Assembly: GCF_018977255.1 (NCBI RefSeq)
Contig: NW_024704746.1
Location: 65,844,001-65,908,000 of the forward strand
DNA length: 64,000 bases
From: Callorhinchus milii
Taxonomy: Eukaryota
Direction of reading: 5' to 3'
This document shows positions 24,051 to 35,752 of the stretch, in pieces. The translations under genes and the position numbers were made by a program. Within the stretch, counting starts at the first letter, position 1. Each line of letters opens with the position of its first letter. Under the pieces are notes generated by a model that saw nothing but the letters and a program-made list of their open reading frames with translations, was not told the DNA's origin and did no database searches.

Positions 24051-24277
24051 GAGACCTGAGTTCAATTCCAGGCAGGGGGCGAAACCTTGGGCAAGTTTCC
24101 TTACTCCACACAGAGCCTAATAATAATCCCTCTGTGGGACATTGCTGTGCGCAATTGGCTGCCGCGTTCGCCCACAAATATACAGTCAATTCACTTTACA
24201 GTGTGTTCTGTGAAGCGCTTTGGGACGTCCTCCCGACGTGAAAAGCGCTATATCAAATGCAAGGATTATTATTATTA
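24051..24277 (+). mobile_element. Young SINE, 5'-truncated with internal deletion
   Basis: Starts at the B box; aataatccctc is joined directly to tgtgggaca. Confidence 0.9.
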
Positions 24278-26284
24278 CATAGAAATAGTACAGGCTTACT
24301 CTATAGGCATTTTGTTTGTTTTTCTGGCTTTTTTTTGGGGGGGTGGGGGATGTTCATTGTAGAGAGTGGTATCTAACCTATTAGAGGATGCAGAGAAAAA
24401 ATGGAAAGTAAATCTACGATTCCAAAATTAGATTCTTGGTTTGTTTCTTACAGGAAATTTGTCTTTTTATTTAACGAACAATTAGTTTTCAACTTGTTTA
24501 CTAATGAAAACGAGCTTGTGACTCCTGGCATACACACACAGCAATATTCCATTTTATGTCTTGATCGGGAAAACCTTGACTGAGAATTTGAAAAGTACTT
24601 ATTTTCATTAAAATAAGTGGCTGCTTTTAACCTCTGAATATCTGGGGCAGGAATAACACAAGGACTGCCTTTTACAGATGCATGTGGTTGTATAACAGGA
24701 TGTAAAACTGAATGTGTAAGTTTCTAATGGGAATGCTTGACAATATTTAAATGTATGATTGGAACAGTAAGCTGCTTCAGCAACGTTCCCTGAACAAGCC
24801 GTTAAATCATTAAAGGAGTATCACATGGCAGCCGGAGATCTGCGCTTAGCACAGCTGTATTTGCGGCAATAGCTTTCTCTGCCTTACAGGTTTAAACGGC
24901 ACGACCATTTTGAACTTCGAATCAGTTGTCTTGGAGTTGAATGAACTCGGCGCAAGATGATTGTTTCAAGGGTACGAGGCAATCGACGAGTCATCTAAAC
25001 GTGACAATTATGGAAGAATATGTTGGGCAAACCAAAGCAAAAATAATCTTTGTTCTTAATTACTAATCCACAAAAGAGGTTTGCGCGTGGGTTCACGCTT
25101 TGCAGTTTGTAGGCGAGTTCCAATACTTGGTGATGCAGTTGATATTAAAATGCTCAGTTTTAAGAGCACAACAATTATAATGGAAACATTCTCATTTTCT
25201 AGGTAATTTTAACTTTGGGATGAACCAATTTGTAGTTAATTATGAAATATGGGTAATGTTGGTATGTCAAGCAGTAGAATGCTTTTCAACACAAATCATC
25301 AGTTACATAAATAGGATTTGCCCCCTGTTTTTTAAAACAAAGCAACGATCTTTATCTTAAGTTTTAATTTCAGTTGGCTTCAGCTCTGCAGAATAATGAG
25401 TGATTTATGAACAGTGACATGTCTCCTTAATAACTTTAAAAAATAGTTTCCATCATTTTAACTAAGCTCTACAAGGTTTTACCATTGACAGGCATTGCAA
25501 TCTAACTTATCAGAACAGTTTGCATGTCCTATTCCTTCATCTGTAAATTCTGGCATGACTTCATTAGGCTCTTTTCATGTGGCATTTGGGTCTTTGAAAA
25601 TCTTAAAATGTTTGCACAATAAGAAAACTAATCTGTTTCCAGTGATAATCATTTAAATGCTGTGAAACTAACTACTTTGTCTCTCGTGAAAGCTTTGACA
25701 AGCTGCTGCTTTAGTTTATCTTCAGCAAACAAAGTTGTAGTATTCTGATTAATCAACTATTTTCGTTACATTTTTTACTGTAGAATGTATTGTTTAGTGA
25801 CGCTAAATAAAGTCAATTTGATAAGGAAGCAATTTTGCTCAATAATCAGGAAAGCAAATGCCATTACGTTCAAAGATAGCCTCCAGAAGTGATACTTAAC
25901 CACTCAGTGTGATTTGGTTAACAGGACTGTAAAATGAATCAAACAAAACCAGGGGATAATGTGTGATCTGAAGGACAAATTCCGAGCTATCCATAAATAA
26001 CTTATTTTCTAAATCCAGTGTTTTGTTTTAATGTTTAATGGCGAGGGATTACTTTCACAATGCACAATGCATGCAGTTTCTGCTATGCTGTAAATCAATT
26101 AGTTTATTTGCATTGTTTCCCAACAAGTGATTCAACTTTATTTACCGCTGTTAACAAAAACAAAGTCTGTTGAAATCGACTGAATTTTTAAGTATGTAAA
26201 CAGAACAGATAATTTTGTACATTTCAAAATATACTGACTTTTTTGTTGCCACGTCAAAAATAGCAGCTAAACTGAAACAAATGT

Positions 26285-26450
26285 AGAATCATAGAATTAT
26301 CTAGCACAGAAGGAGGCCATTTGGCCCATCGTCTGTGTGAAGGCTCTTTGAAAAGAGCCATCCAAATCGATCCCATTCCCCCGCTCTCTCCTTATAGCCC
26401 TGCAAACTTGTCCGCCCCAAATAGGTTGAGTCATAGTACTCTTTGGAAAA
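26285..26450 (-). mobile_element. CR1-clade LINE 3' end
   Basis: agaatcatagaat..cacagaaggaggccatttggcccatc is the reverse complement of the fish/shark CR1 3' terminus. Confidence 0.75.
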
Positions 26451-27779
26451 CCAAGCCTTCATTCCAATGGATTGCACGAGCCATGCACTTTTCCGCAAGG
26501 ATTTCATCAATAGGTTGGGTGCTTCTTTGAAGTGGAATTAGTCCTCCTCTTAGCGTACTGCTGTACGAGGAAGAAATAACCCTAATGAAGAACAAATGGA
26601 CAGAATGGATAATGTAGTGGTTAGCGTATCGTTTGAGCCCTGGATCCTGGCTTGAAAATGTAGTCCAGTCTTATGGGAGGATTCTCCTTTCTCTCGGCCC
26701 AGCATAAACGGAACAGTTCGAACGTAGTTTATCCTGCACATCTATGACATTAAAAGTACAGTTCATTTGCAGACCATCATTATTAAATGCTTAGGACAAG
26801 GAATTGCACTTGTCACTATGTATGCCTATAAACACAATGTTAAAGTTGCTATAACCAATTGCACGTCCCTCAGTGACCGTATCATGCATGCAGCTAAATT
26901 AGAATTCCATGTGCTCTGTCTTGATTCCAGCCTTTGAGCTATCCTCTCCTGCATAATGTTTTCCATTTTCCGTCATTGCTTGTTTTACAGACACCGAAAA
27001 TGCAAATACTGCATGTAAGAAAAAATCCAAAATTGTGAGGGTGGGATAATTATACTGAAATGTAATAATCCAAAGTCATCCAACAACTGTACAAAGTACA
27101 GAAATACTTAATTAAATATTTCAGTGTAATTGGAATCTCCTGTCTCCGAAATCAGTAATAAGATTTGCGTTGCTTTTTTATTGAGCAGATGTCAAACTGC
27201 TAGGATTAAATGTACAGAAAAATCAATAATTTCAGCAAACAGACATTCTGTTTTTCAGAATTTTTCACAGAACTGAATGGGGGTAGGAACAGAAAAGTTC
27301 AGTGGTCTCATGGTCACAAGAAATATTGCCCGAGTCTAGTTATTGTTAGCAGATGGTCCCACAAACAGTCGTGGAATGAATTATCAAGTCCTTACTCACC
27401 TCATTCTCCCAATGAAATAATGTTATAGAATGTTAATTACAATTCATGACTGAAGAGGAACTTGTTACTCTAGTGTGACTGAAATCTGATATTTCTGTAT
27501 AACTTATTCTGATTTTGTCCAGTGGTAGATGGGATCAGGCAATAAATGGGGAAATCTAAAGCCATCATTGTTGACTGTTGAGGAAAAAGTCTGTACTTGG
27601 TACTGCAATCATAATTGAAATAAATAATGAAATGGATTAATCAAAGTAGGCAATCTGGAGAATCAAAATCTTTTGAAATTGCGTGAATAGTTAAATTTCT
27701 ACCATATGACGAACTTCATATCATATGATCATGGACATTACAGCATGTCCTTTAAACCCCATATCCGTGCCTTGACCCA

Positions 27780-27970
27780 ATCAATCTCCCTCCCACCCCC
27801 CTATCTCAAGACCTTCCTCTATGACCGTGCCTTCGGCCATCCTCCCACGCCGAACCCCTTGCCCTCTGCCCCTCTTGATTATAAACCCCGGCTCGGGTGC
27901 AAACCCATCACTGTCCTTGGGACTCCCACCGGCCGAGAAAGGCACTATATAAATGCAATTGGTTGTTTCT
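27780..27970 (+). mobile_element. L2 3' end
   Basis: ctcaagaccttcctctatgaccgtgccttc..gaaaggcactatataaatgc. Confidence 0.8.
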
Positions 27971-29619
27971 GGTTGTCTCAACTTGGACCAGGATTTGACC
28001 CCGCCAGGTCCTGCTCTGTAAGCTGCAGCTCTATCCATTATACCCTCAGGGCTGCCTCATTGTAAGTCCTGTGTAAATATGGTCTGAGCCCATGTGCATT
28101 GTACTGCATCCTGGAGGAAATGGTTTCAGGATCAGTTCAATACACATCTTGGGATATTCATCATAATTTAAAATCGTACGATCATACAACGTTTGCCCTT
28201 GCTCTAGAAGATGCAGTAATTTTGGTGAATGTAAAATCAAAGCAGAGTTACTGTATTTGAAAATGAGTAATCAGTTTGTACAGTATTATTAACAATTAAT
28301 TAAACATTGCATGGAAAAGCATGTTGGCAAATCTGTATGATTTAATGCAATGAGGTCATTCCTAAACCCGAAAAACAAATCTGCAAGTTCCGGCGCGGTT
28401 CTGCGCTCCTGGAAACTTTCAAATGCGAGCTTAACACTGCCACTAAAGAAAGCAGGAAAATGAACACAAAAGAGAAAACCGACAGGAAACAGCTGTTATG
28501 GAAGACATAGAATAGTGAGGGGAGTAACCAGAAAATATTCAAAGGAGAATTTGACTAAATGGATAAGGGACTGATTATGTTTGATTCTTGTTGGGAAGAG
28601 ATCAGACGAATTTGCAGACGACTGGAAGGCTTGGATGATAGGGCAAAGAGTTTGCTGTGTTTTGTTTTGTACAGCTTCCAACACTGGGCGCAATGACTGT
28701 CATTAAACCATGTCCTGATTCAGGTTAGTTTTCAAGTCTGCTTCATTCACCTCAGTGTCAGTTTTATGAATGTGAACCAGACATCTATTAATAGTATAGA
28801 TCGCATTAGGTGTGTGCCTTTTGTGTCGGGTACTTGTCTCAAAGCGGTTCACAGGATTTTATTGTAAAATGTAGTCACCTGCTACCCAATATTGTACTGG
28901 AGTGTCAGCCTGGACTATGAGCTCAAGTCCCAGCATAGGTTGAATCTACAACCTTCTGACCCAGAGGCAAGTGTACCACTAACTTTCAGACACCTGTGAT
29001 AATCTAGACCTAACCTGGCTTTGTGCATTTTATACTTCCTTCCCAAATTGCTTGACAGTATTACAAAAGTAATACAATTAGTGGAGTACTGTACTTTGAA
29101 CAGAAAGTTCCCCTCCCCTTTCCTTCCCATTTTAAAGAATTAATTGCTAAGAGAAATCATTCAACATTTTTTTGTAATATTTTTTGCATTACTGCACTGC
29201 AATCTTTCTCTTACATATTATACGGATGAGTCCACGCTGTAGAGAAAGATTGTCATGAAAATGGAAAGATTGTGTATTTAAACTGTGACGTTCCCTGCTT
29301 CTGAATGGAACTTGTGATTTGATTGTTGTAACCCTTATTGATTACACTGACATGCGATCTTTATGTACACTTACAGAACCAAGTGTGAATCTAGAATTAA
29401 GATTGCAGCATTTTTCTGAGGTGTTTTGCTCTATGCCAACAGCTTACCAAAGTATGTTCTAATAAATCAATTGAATTACATTTAGAAATGAGAATTGCCT
29501 ACAAGACAGGTCAAAAAAAAAAACCTGCCTTGACATTGACTTACAAATGAGCTTCAAATCTGGTTAGACTCCATCAGTACCCCCAACGCACACTCTGGGG
29601 TCCCCGAGCCTTGGCTCTT

Positions 29620-29813
29620 GCCAACCTGTGCCTAATACTTCGGGGAATTAGCTAAGCAGAACGCATCCCGCCAGGGAGAGAGTGCGTATTCTATTCTGAC
29701 AATCTATCTCTGGGATTTCCATGTGTAGGTGGGATACAGGGAATTCTCAGCTCGGTTTAGATACTCTTAAGCAGCGGTGATGGTTTCCGCGCGTGTCAGA
29801 CACCCGGCTGACC
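29620..29813 (+). repeat. Unclassified dispersed repeat, copy 1 of 3
   Basis: Aligns by eye to 35644-35752 (same strand) and ~55640-55785 (opposite strand). Confidence 0.75.
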
Positions 29814-30020
29814 CAAGTAAATATGAGCTTCAAATGTATAAGGATTTTGATTCAGTTTGGGAATATTCTTTCTATTTCAATTGATCTTTAATTCAGAGAC
29901 AGAAAGGTATCTTTCCTTTTGTCAACAGGGTTATATGAATTGATATGAAAAGAGTTTTCCATCTGTTGAGCAATGGACAGCAAAGGCTCCTCCATCAACT
30001 TCCATCCCACGCATTCCACG

Positions 30021-30340
30021 TGTCAGCTTGGATCAGTTGGTAGCGCTCTGGCCTCCAGATGAGAGGTTGTGGGTTGAAGCGCCAGTTTAGACTGTCACTC
30101 AAATACAGACCTGGGGATGTGCTGCATTTTTGGAGGTGCCTTTCTATGGATGAGACATGAAACTGAAGTCCTGTCTGTCTGTTCAGGTGAACATTAAAGG
30201 CACTATTGGAAAAGGGAAGGAAGCTTTTCTTCGTGTCCTTAGCAAGATAAATTGGTCATTCACTTTATGGCTATTTGTGGGACATTGCTGCGTGCAAACT
30301 GGCTGTCACATTCCCCCGACAAAATACGCAGTAAAAAAAA
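30021..30340 (+). mobile_element. Old SacSINE1-like element
   Basis: tgtcagcttggatcagttggtagc head, ggatgagac body, ttgtgggacattgctg core. Confidence 0.75.
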
Positions 30341-31649
30341 AGTATCTTTGAAGTAGTGATCAGATGCGAATAAAAGTAATATGTTTTAAAATTCAACTTA
30401 AAGTAACCGGTTCAAAAGGTATTGCTCTTATTTCAGTCTTGAACATTGTGTGTTGCTGGATTGAAAAAAGTTAAAACAATAGATTGGAAAGGGGTAGGCT
30501 AATGATTTGTGTATGATCTTAAGGATTGCTTTCATCAGTAGCAATCCTAGACTTCCTCTTCAGACTTCCCTTTCCTTTGAACCTGCTCGTATTAAGGGAA
30601 AAGGGGATGGGGAATCAGTAATCCTGGAAGCTAAACTATAAACCACTTTATTTACAAAATATTAATGTAACCTGATTGATGACGGTGTAGATGGTAAAAC
30701 AAACTTTGGGTAAAAGTTTCTAATTCGGAGTGTTTTAGTAATATCAAGGTATTTTGAATTTCAAGGAAATCTTCATTTCTCACAGCTCGGTACATTAAAC
30801 ACGTAACGCTTTGCTCTGGTAGAAAATTTATAGCTCAAATTGTACTTCAGGGTAAGGAGTAAGCACAGTAGAAATAGATATTTCACTTGAATGATGGCAG
30901 CTTATTTTGCTGTTGTGGAAAACCATTAATTTATCACTGGAAGAAGTCAAGGGCATCTGGTTTACTTGGCTGAAATCCATGACGGAAATGAATTTTTATT
31001 CTATCAGATTTCATAAATGTACTTTACATAGCGCTTAAATAGGGAGATCTAAACAAGAATTGTTTCATGTACCAAAGGATTTTTAGAGTACAATACTGTA
31101 CTGTACAATACTACACAACACTTCCTTTTGATAAAAGGTACAGTAGTAGTTGGTCTAATACTTTGAAGTATTTTTGAAAGCCACAGCTGGATTGCATAGT
31201 TTTTACTGTTTTATGTTGTTTCTTTGTAACTCTGACCTTGTCGTGGTTAACTTACGAAGAGAAAAATAAAAAGCAATAATAATGTTGAGCTGAGTGCTAC
31301 TAATCGGTAATGTGTGCGGTTACCAGGGTCCTAGTTTGAAGCTTCACTCATACTGTAGCCTAATCACAAAAAAGAATTGTTAGCATATTTGAATTTGCTG
31401 TTGAAATTTGATATTAGTGTCCCCACAATTCTACTTTTAAAATGCATCAATAAGACTGTTAAGAACTGAAGGTTATTTATTGAAATTGGATTAGCCTAAT
31501 AGGCAAGAGCAAATTCCCTTCTTCCAATCGTAATCTTTTTTTTCTCTCTCTCTCTTCTGATTTCAATGATTTTCTGGGCTGGATTTCTATGGACTGTCCA
31601 ATTGGCTATACTTCATGGTTGAACTTAAGAGTGTTGGCAGACTAGACTA

Positions 31650-31997
31650 TCAACCTCACCCTTGCTCGGCTCCATTGGGCTCTCTATCCCCCAGAGCTTC
31701 AAATTTAAGATCCCAACAATCATCATCAAATCGCACCATGGCTTCACCCAACCCTACCTCCGCCTTCCTTTAACCCGACTGACCTGGCCAATCACTCCAC
31801 TCAATGAACAGCCTGCTTCTGACCCACTCTGGCACTCACTCCCTCTCACCCTTTCCAAGGTTTGTCTCAAGATATACCTTTTTGTCCGTGGTTTCCCCTC
31901 CCAATTCCTTTGGTTTCCAACCCCAGCTCAGGTGGCCAGCCAGCTAGGTTAAACACCCTGAGACAAACTCCTGACATGAAAGGCGCTATATAAATTG
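31650..31997 (+). mobile_element. Degenerate L2 3' fragment
   Basis: Translation FKI....KSHHGFTQPYL resembles L2 ORF2 end; tail gacatgaaaggcgctatataaat. Confidence 0.7.
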
Positions 31998-32347
31998 TAC
32001 TGCGTTATTATCGCCTAATTTTTGTTTCCATTCGTTGAGAATTTTAAATCATTTTCACCATTCGTCTATGTTAAGTCTTCAGTATTTGCTAATTGTGTAT
32101 ATTTTGAGACCAGTTTATCCAGTCCATAAAAGCTCTTGATTTGTTGAAGCGACACAAGAGGTATGTATTGTGAAAGAAAATTGAAAGTGGTATTGAGTGA
32201 TGTTTGTGTTCCACAAAGACGTTTCAGTGCTCCATAGAATAGATCATTTGTTCTCCTTGCAAAGAACCTGAAGTTAGTAGGCTGTTAAATTTCAATAAAT
32301 ACAGATGTTTTCCGTTGATTGTTTTGCTTGTTTTCAAGATTTCAAGA

Positions 32348-32840
32348 TTGATTTCAAGATCCTCATCCTCACCTACAAGGCCATTCACGGCCTTGCTCCC
32401 TCCTACCTCTCCAACCTACTATCCCCCTACCTACCTGCCCGTACCCTCCGTTCCTCTGGCTCCGGTCTGCTCCACGTCCCCCGCCCCAACCGCCCTACCA
32501 TCGGTGGTCGGGCCTTCAGCCTCTCAGCCCCCAGGCTCTGGAACTCCATCCCCCAGTGCCTTCGCCGCTTCCTCCCTTTCCTCCTTCAAGGCCGGTCTCA
32601 AAACCTTTCTCTTTGACCGTGCCTTCAGCTCCCCTCTCGACTCTCTTCCTCCTCCTCGCTCCCTCCCTTCCCTCCCCTCAACCTGACCATTTCCCCCCTC
32701 CTCTCTCCCTCCTTTCCCTCCCCTCACCCTGACCATTTCCCCCCTGCTCGGGTCATGACCCAACTGTGCAGCGCCTTGGGACGTCCTCCTGACGTGAAAG
32801 GCGCTCTATAAATGGAATCTTGTTGTTGTTGTTGTTGTTG
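32348..32840 (+). mobile_element. Young L2 LINE 3' end (ORF2 C-terminus, 3' UTR, (TTG)n tail)
   Basis: DFKILILTYKAIHGLAPSYLSNLL...RAFSLSAPRLWNSIP is the L2 ORF2 end; tail gacgtgaaaggcgctctataaatggaatc(ttg)n. Confidence 0.92.
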
Positions 32841-33445
32841 CTTGTGTTTAAGTGAACTGCTGATGATCTGAGGTTTTTTTTTCTGGTGCATCCTTCCATG
32901 CTGCTAATAAAGCGAGTCTGTTTTGATTACCCACTTTGATCTTCACTCTTCCACTATCTTTCTAGTTCTCTTCTCCCTCCTGAATGGACTACTTAGGGAC
33001 TGATGGAGTGTACACTACCATTTTCACAAATCAGTAGGTTTGTCCATTATGCATTCTGTTGAAGGACAGATGAGATTTGTGAGCATCCATTACGATACTC
33101 AGGAAAGAGATTTGGGATCCCAAGTACTGTGAATTATTTGTGAAAAAAAATGGTGCACAAGAGCCCCATTGATGTGGATGAAGATACCTTGTGGCGATTC
33201 CAGTAAAGAATAAATAATAGCATTTCCATTAGATCGGTTTAAGTGTCAGCTTGACAGCGCTTTTCCCCCTGAGTCAGAAGGTTGTGTGCTCAAGCCCCCG
33301 GTCAGGCCTTTGAGCTCATCATCCAGGCTGACACTCCAATGCAGTGCTGCAGAGAGCTATATTTTAGCTGTCCTTTGGATAATGAAACATTAAACCAAGG
33401 TCCTGTCTGCATGATCAGATGGGCCCTCAAGATCCCATGACATTA

Positions 33446-33866
33446 CAGTGGATTCCATATTATTCCATGGAGTCGGAACTGGACAGATTCCATGCAATTA
33501 TACTGAGTATGCAATTACCCAATGTTGATTAGTGACGTCACCTTCCCGTCACTTTCCGTGTTCCCTGTCTTTATACTTCCTTCTCCGTCTCTCTTCCCAT
33601 CGATCTCTGCGCTGCCTTTCTGCCTTATTTTCACCACATATGGACAACTGCTCAACCAATGCAATTATCTGAACTTATTATACAGGTACAAATGAAATCC
33701 ACTGCCCATCTTTCATGCAATTAAGCGAGTTATGCAATTATCTGATCTGCAATTGAGTGGAGTGCAATACCATGCAAACAAATAGTGATTTTTTGGTACC
33801 TAGAAATTGCTATGCAATTAAATGGAGTGTGCAATTGTCTAATATGCAGTTTAGTTGAGTGCACTG
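33446..33866. mobile_element. Non-autonomous Tc1/mariner (pogo/Tigger-like) DNA transposon, 421 bp
   Basis: TA|CAGTG...CACTG|TA ends, TA duplicated at 33444-45 and 33867-68; the host SINE is contiguous once it is removed; multiple TGCAATT(A) subterminal repeats. Confidence 0.8.
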
Positions 33867-33960
33867 TATTTGAAAAGAGAGTTTCTTCTGGCAGCCTGGC
33901 CCTCAAACAAGACTGGTCATTAACGCCATGGTTATTTGTGAGATGTGGATGTATGTAAGT

Positions 33961-34029
33961 TCAGCGCCTTGGGACGTCCTCCCGACGTGAAAGGCGCTCT
34001 ACAAAATGTCATTTTGTGGTTATTGTTGT
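33961..34029 (+). mobile_element. Short L2 3' tail insertion
   Basis: cagcgccttgggacgtcctcccgacgtgaaaggcgctctac matches the tail at ~32769-32810. Confidence 0.8.
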
Positions 34030-34559
34030 AATTTGGCTGTCACGTTCACCCAGAAAATACACATATTCGCACCACTGCACAAAATATCCTGTGCAGAGCT
34101 TTGAGTTGTCTTGATAAGGCGCTATATCAAATGCGATCCTGAGTATAGCTTATCTGATATAGTGATACATTATCACATTGCTCAACACCTTTTACCGGGA
34201 GCAGGGTCTGATGCATTTGAGTGTAGGAAGCTCTCCCTCTCTGCGATCCCCTGGGGCGTGAAGAAATTGTAATACTCGTACTTGCTATTTGTAGTGTGCA
34301 CTAATCGATGTTGCATACTTGGTAAAGCATTATCTGCAATTCCCTCCAGCAGAGAGTTGAATGAAAAAGAAGGGAAGGTAGCAAAGGCAGGTAGACAGAA
34401 TTGTAAGGCTCATTCTTCAAAGAATAATTGCTCACCCTTTGTCATGTTACGGGGGATCCAAAACTGATAAGCGTTTTCTATAGACCTGTGGACGTTGCCT
34501 TTCTTATTGGAATACTTTTTTTTGAATTGCCGTGGATCTCTGAAAATTAATACTTTTAA

Positions 34560-34992
34560 GCTCTCTGCTTCGGCCTCCCCAACTCCTCCCTCCATAGGCT
34601 GCAGATCATCCAGAACTCTGCAGCCCACTTCCTCTCCTGCACTAGGCTCCGTAATCCTATCATCCCCATCCTCGCCCGACTCCACTGGCTTCCCATTACA
34701 GATAGGGTACAGTTCAAGAACTTGTCCTCACCTTCAAAGCTCTCCGTGGTCTTGCTCTCTCCCCCCCACCCAACTCTGCGACCTCCTAACCCCCTACTGC
34801 TCGCGCCATTCACTCAGCGGGCTCTGGCCTGCTTCACGTCGCCCACCTCGATCACCCCACTGTTGGCCGGCGGGCCTTCTGCCACTCTGCCCCCACCCTC
34901 TGGAACTCCATCCCGCGATCCCTCTGTCTCACCCCCTCCCTCGCCTCCTTCAAGACCCATCCCAAGACCCATCTCTTCGACTGTGCTTTCCT
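34560..34992 (+). mobile_element. L2 ORF2 C-terminal fragment
   Basis: cagaactctgcagcc..ctccactggcttccc..ctctggaactccatccc..ttcaagacc motifs. Confidence 0.85.
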
Positions 34993-35643
34993 TGTAAGCA
35001 ATAATCAGCCACGTTAAATTCACAGTTGCTTTTATGTCAAGCATCCTGATTAGGATAAAGCAGTATTTCAACAATAGGCAAGAAAAATAAAATACCTGTG
35101 CGTTTATGAAAATGCATGAGAATGTAAAATAATTCTATTTTTATTCATCATCAAACAGAGAACCGTTTAGTGTGCTGGACCATCAAACAAATAAACCAAT
35201 CCCCAAATCCATTTCACGTACAACAAACAAATATAAAGAGTAATGTTGCTCTTTCGGGAGAGCTTTTCATTGCATTTTAGCTATGGAACGTACTGTGTTT
35301 AATCATTTCAATTATGAAGGTACGTATTAAAAACTATATTTTATAAAAGTATGCTTTTGTTCAGAGTTTTTAATGAGATTTGGGTAAGATATCACTTCAA
35401 ATGGTTGTCTCCCACCGCATTTCAAACAAGTGAATCAGCCCTTCGTTATGCCTTTGAACTAATGCTCCGGGGAAGATGGAGTGGGGAGCAAAAACAGTGT
35501 AGGTTTGCCGGGTGAAACTGCACGTTACGCTGAGAAGATCTTGTAATTAAGTTCGGTCTCCCCTGATAGTCATGTAACTGGATCTGCGCTCCTTTTGAAG
35601 TATTTCTGTGTTCATATTTGGCACAATGTGCCTAATGATGTGG

Positions 35644-35752
35644 AATCCATCTCTGGAATTTCCGTGTGTGGGTGGGATGCATGGAATTCTTGGTTTGGAT
35701 ACTCTAAAGCAACGGTGATGGGTTTCCACGTATATCAGACACCCGGCTGACC
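35644..35752 (+). repeat. Unclassified dispersed repeat, copy 2 of 3
   Basis: atctctggaatttccgtgtgtgggtgggat...tcagacacccggctgacc, as at 29701-29813. Confidence 0.75.

Larger units (their letters stand above)
33243..34136 (+). mobile_element. Old SacSINE1-like element split by two nested insertions
   Basis: Head ~33243-33445; continues at 33867 (tatttgaa) to ~33958, and again from ~34030 to the tail at ~34136. Confidence 0.75.

Noticed and set aside
32305-32686. 103-123 aa ORFs that look like real protein
   Set aside because: A 5'-truncated L2 ORF2 C-terminus with a frameshift; not a host gene or an autonomous element.
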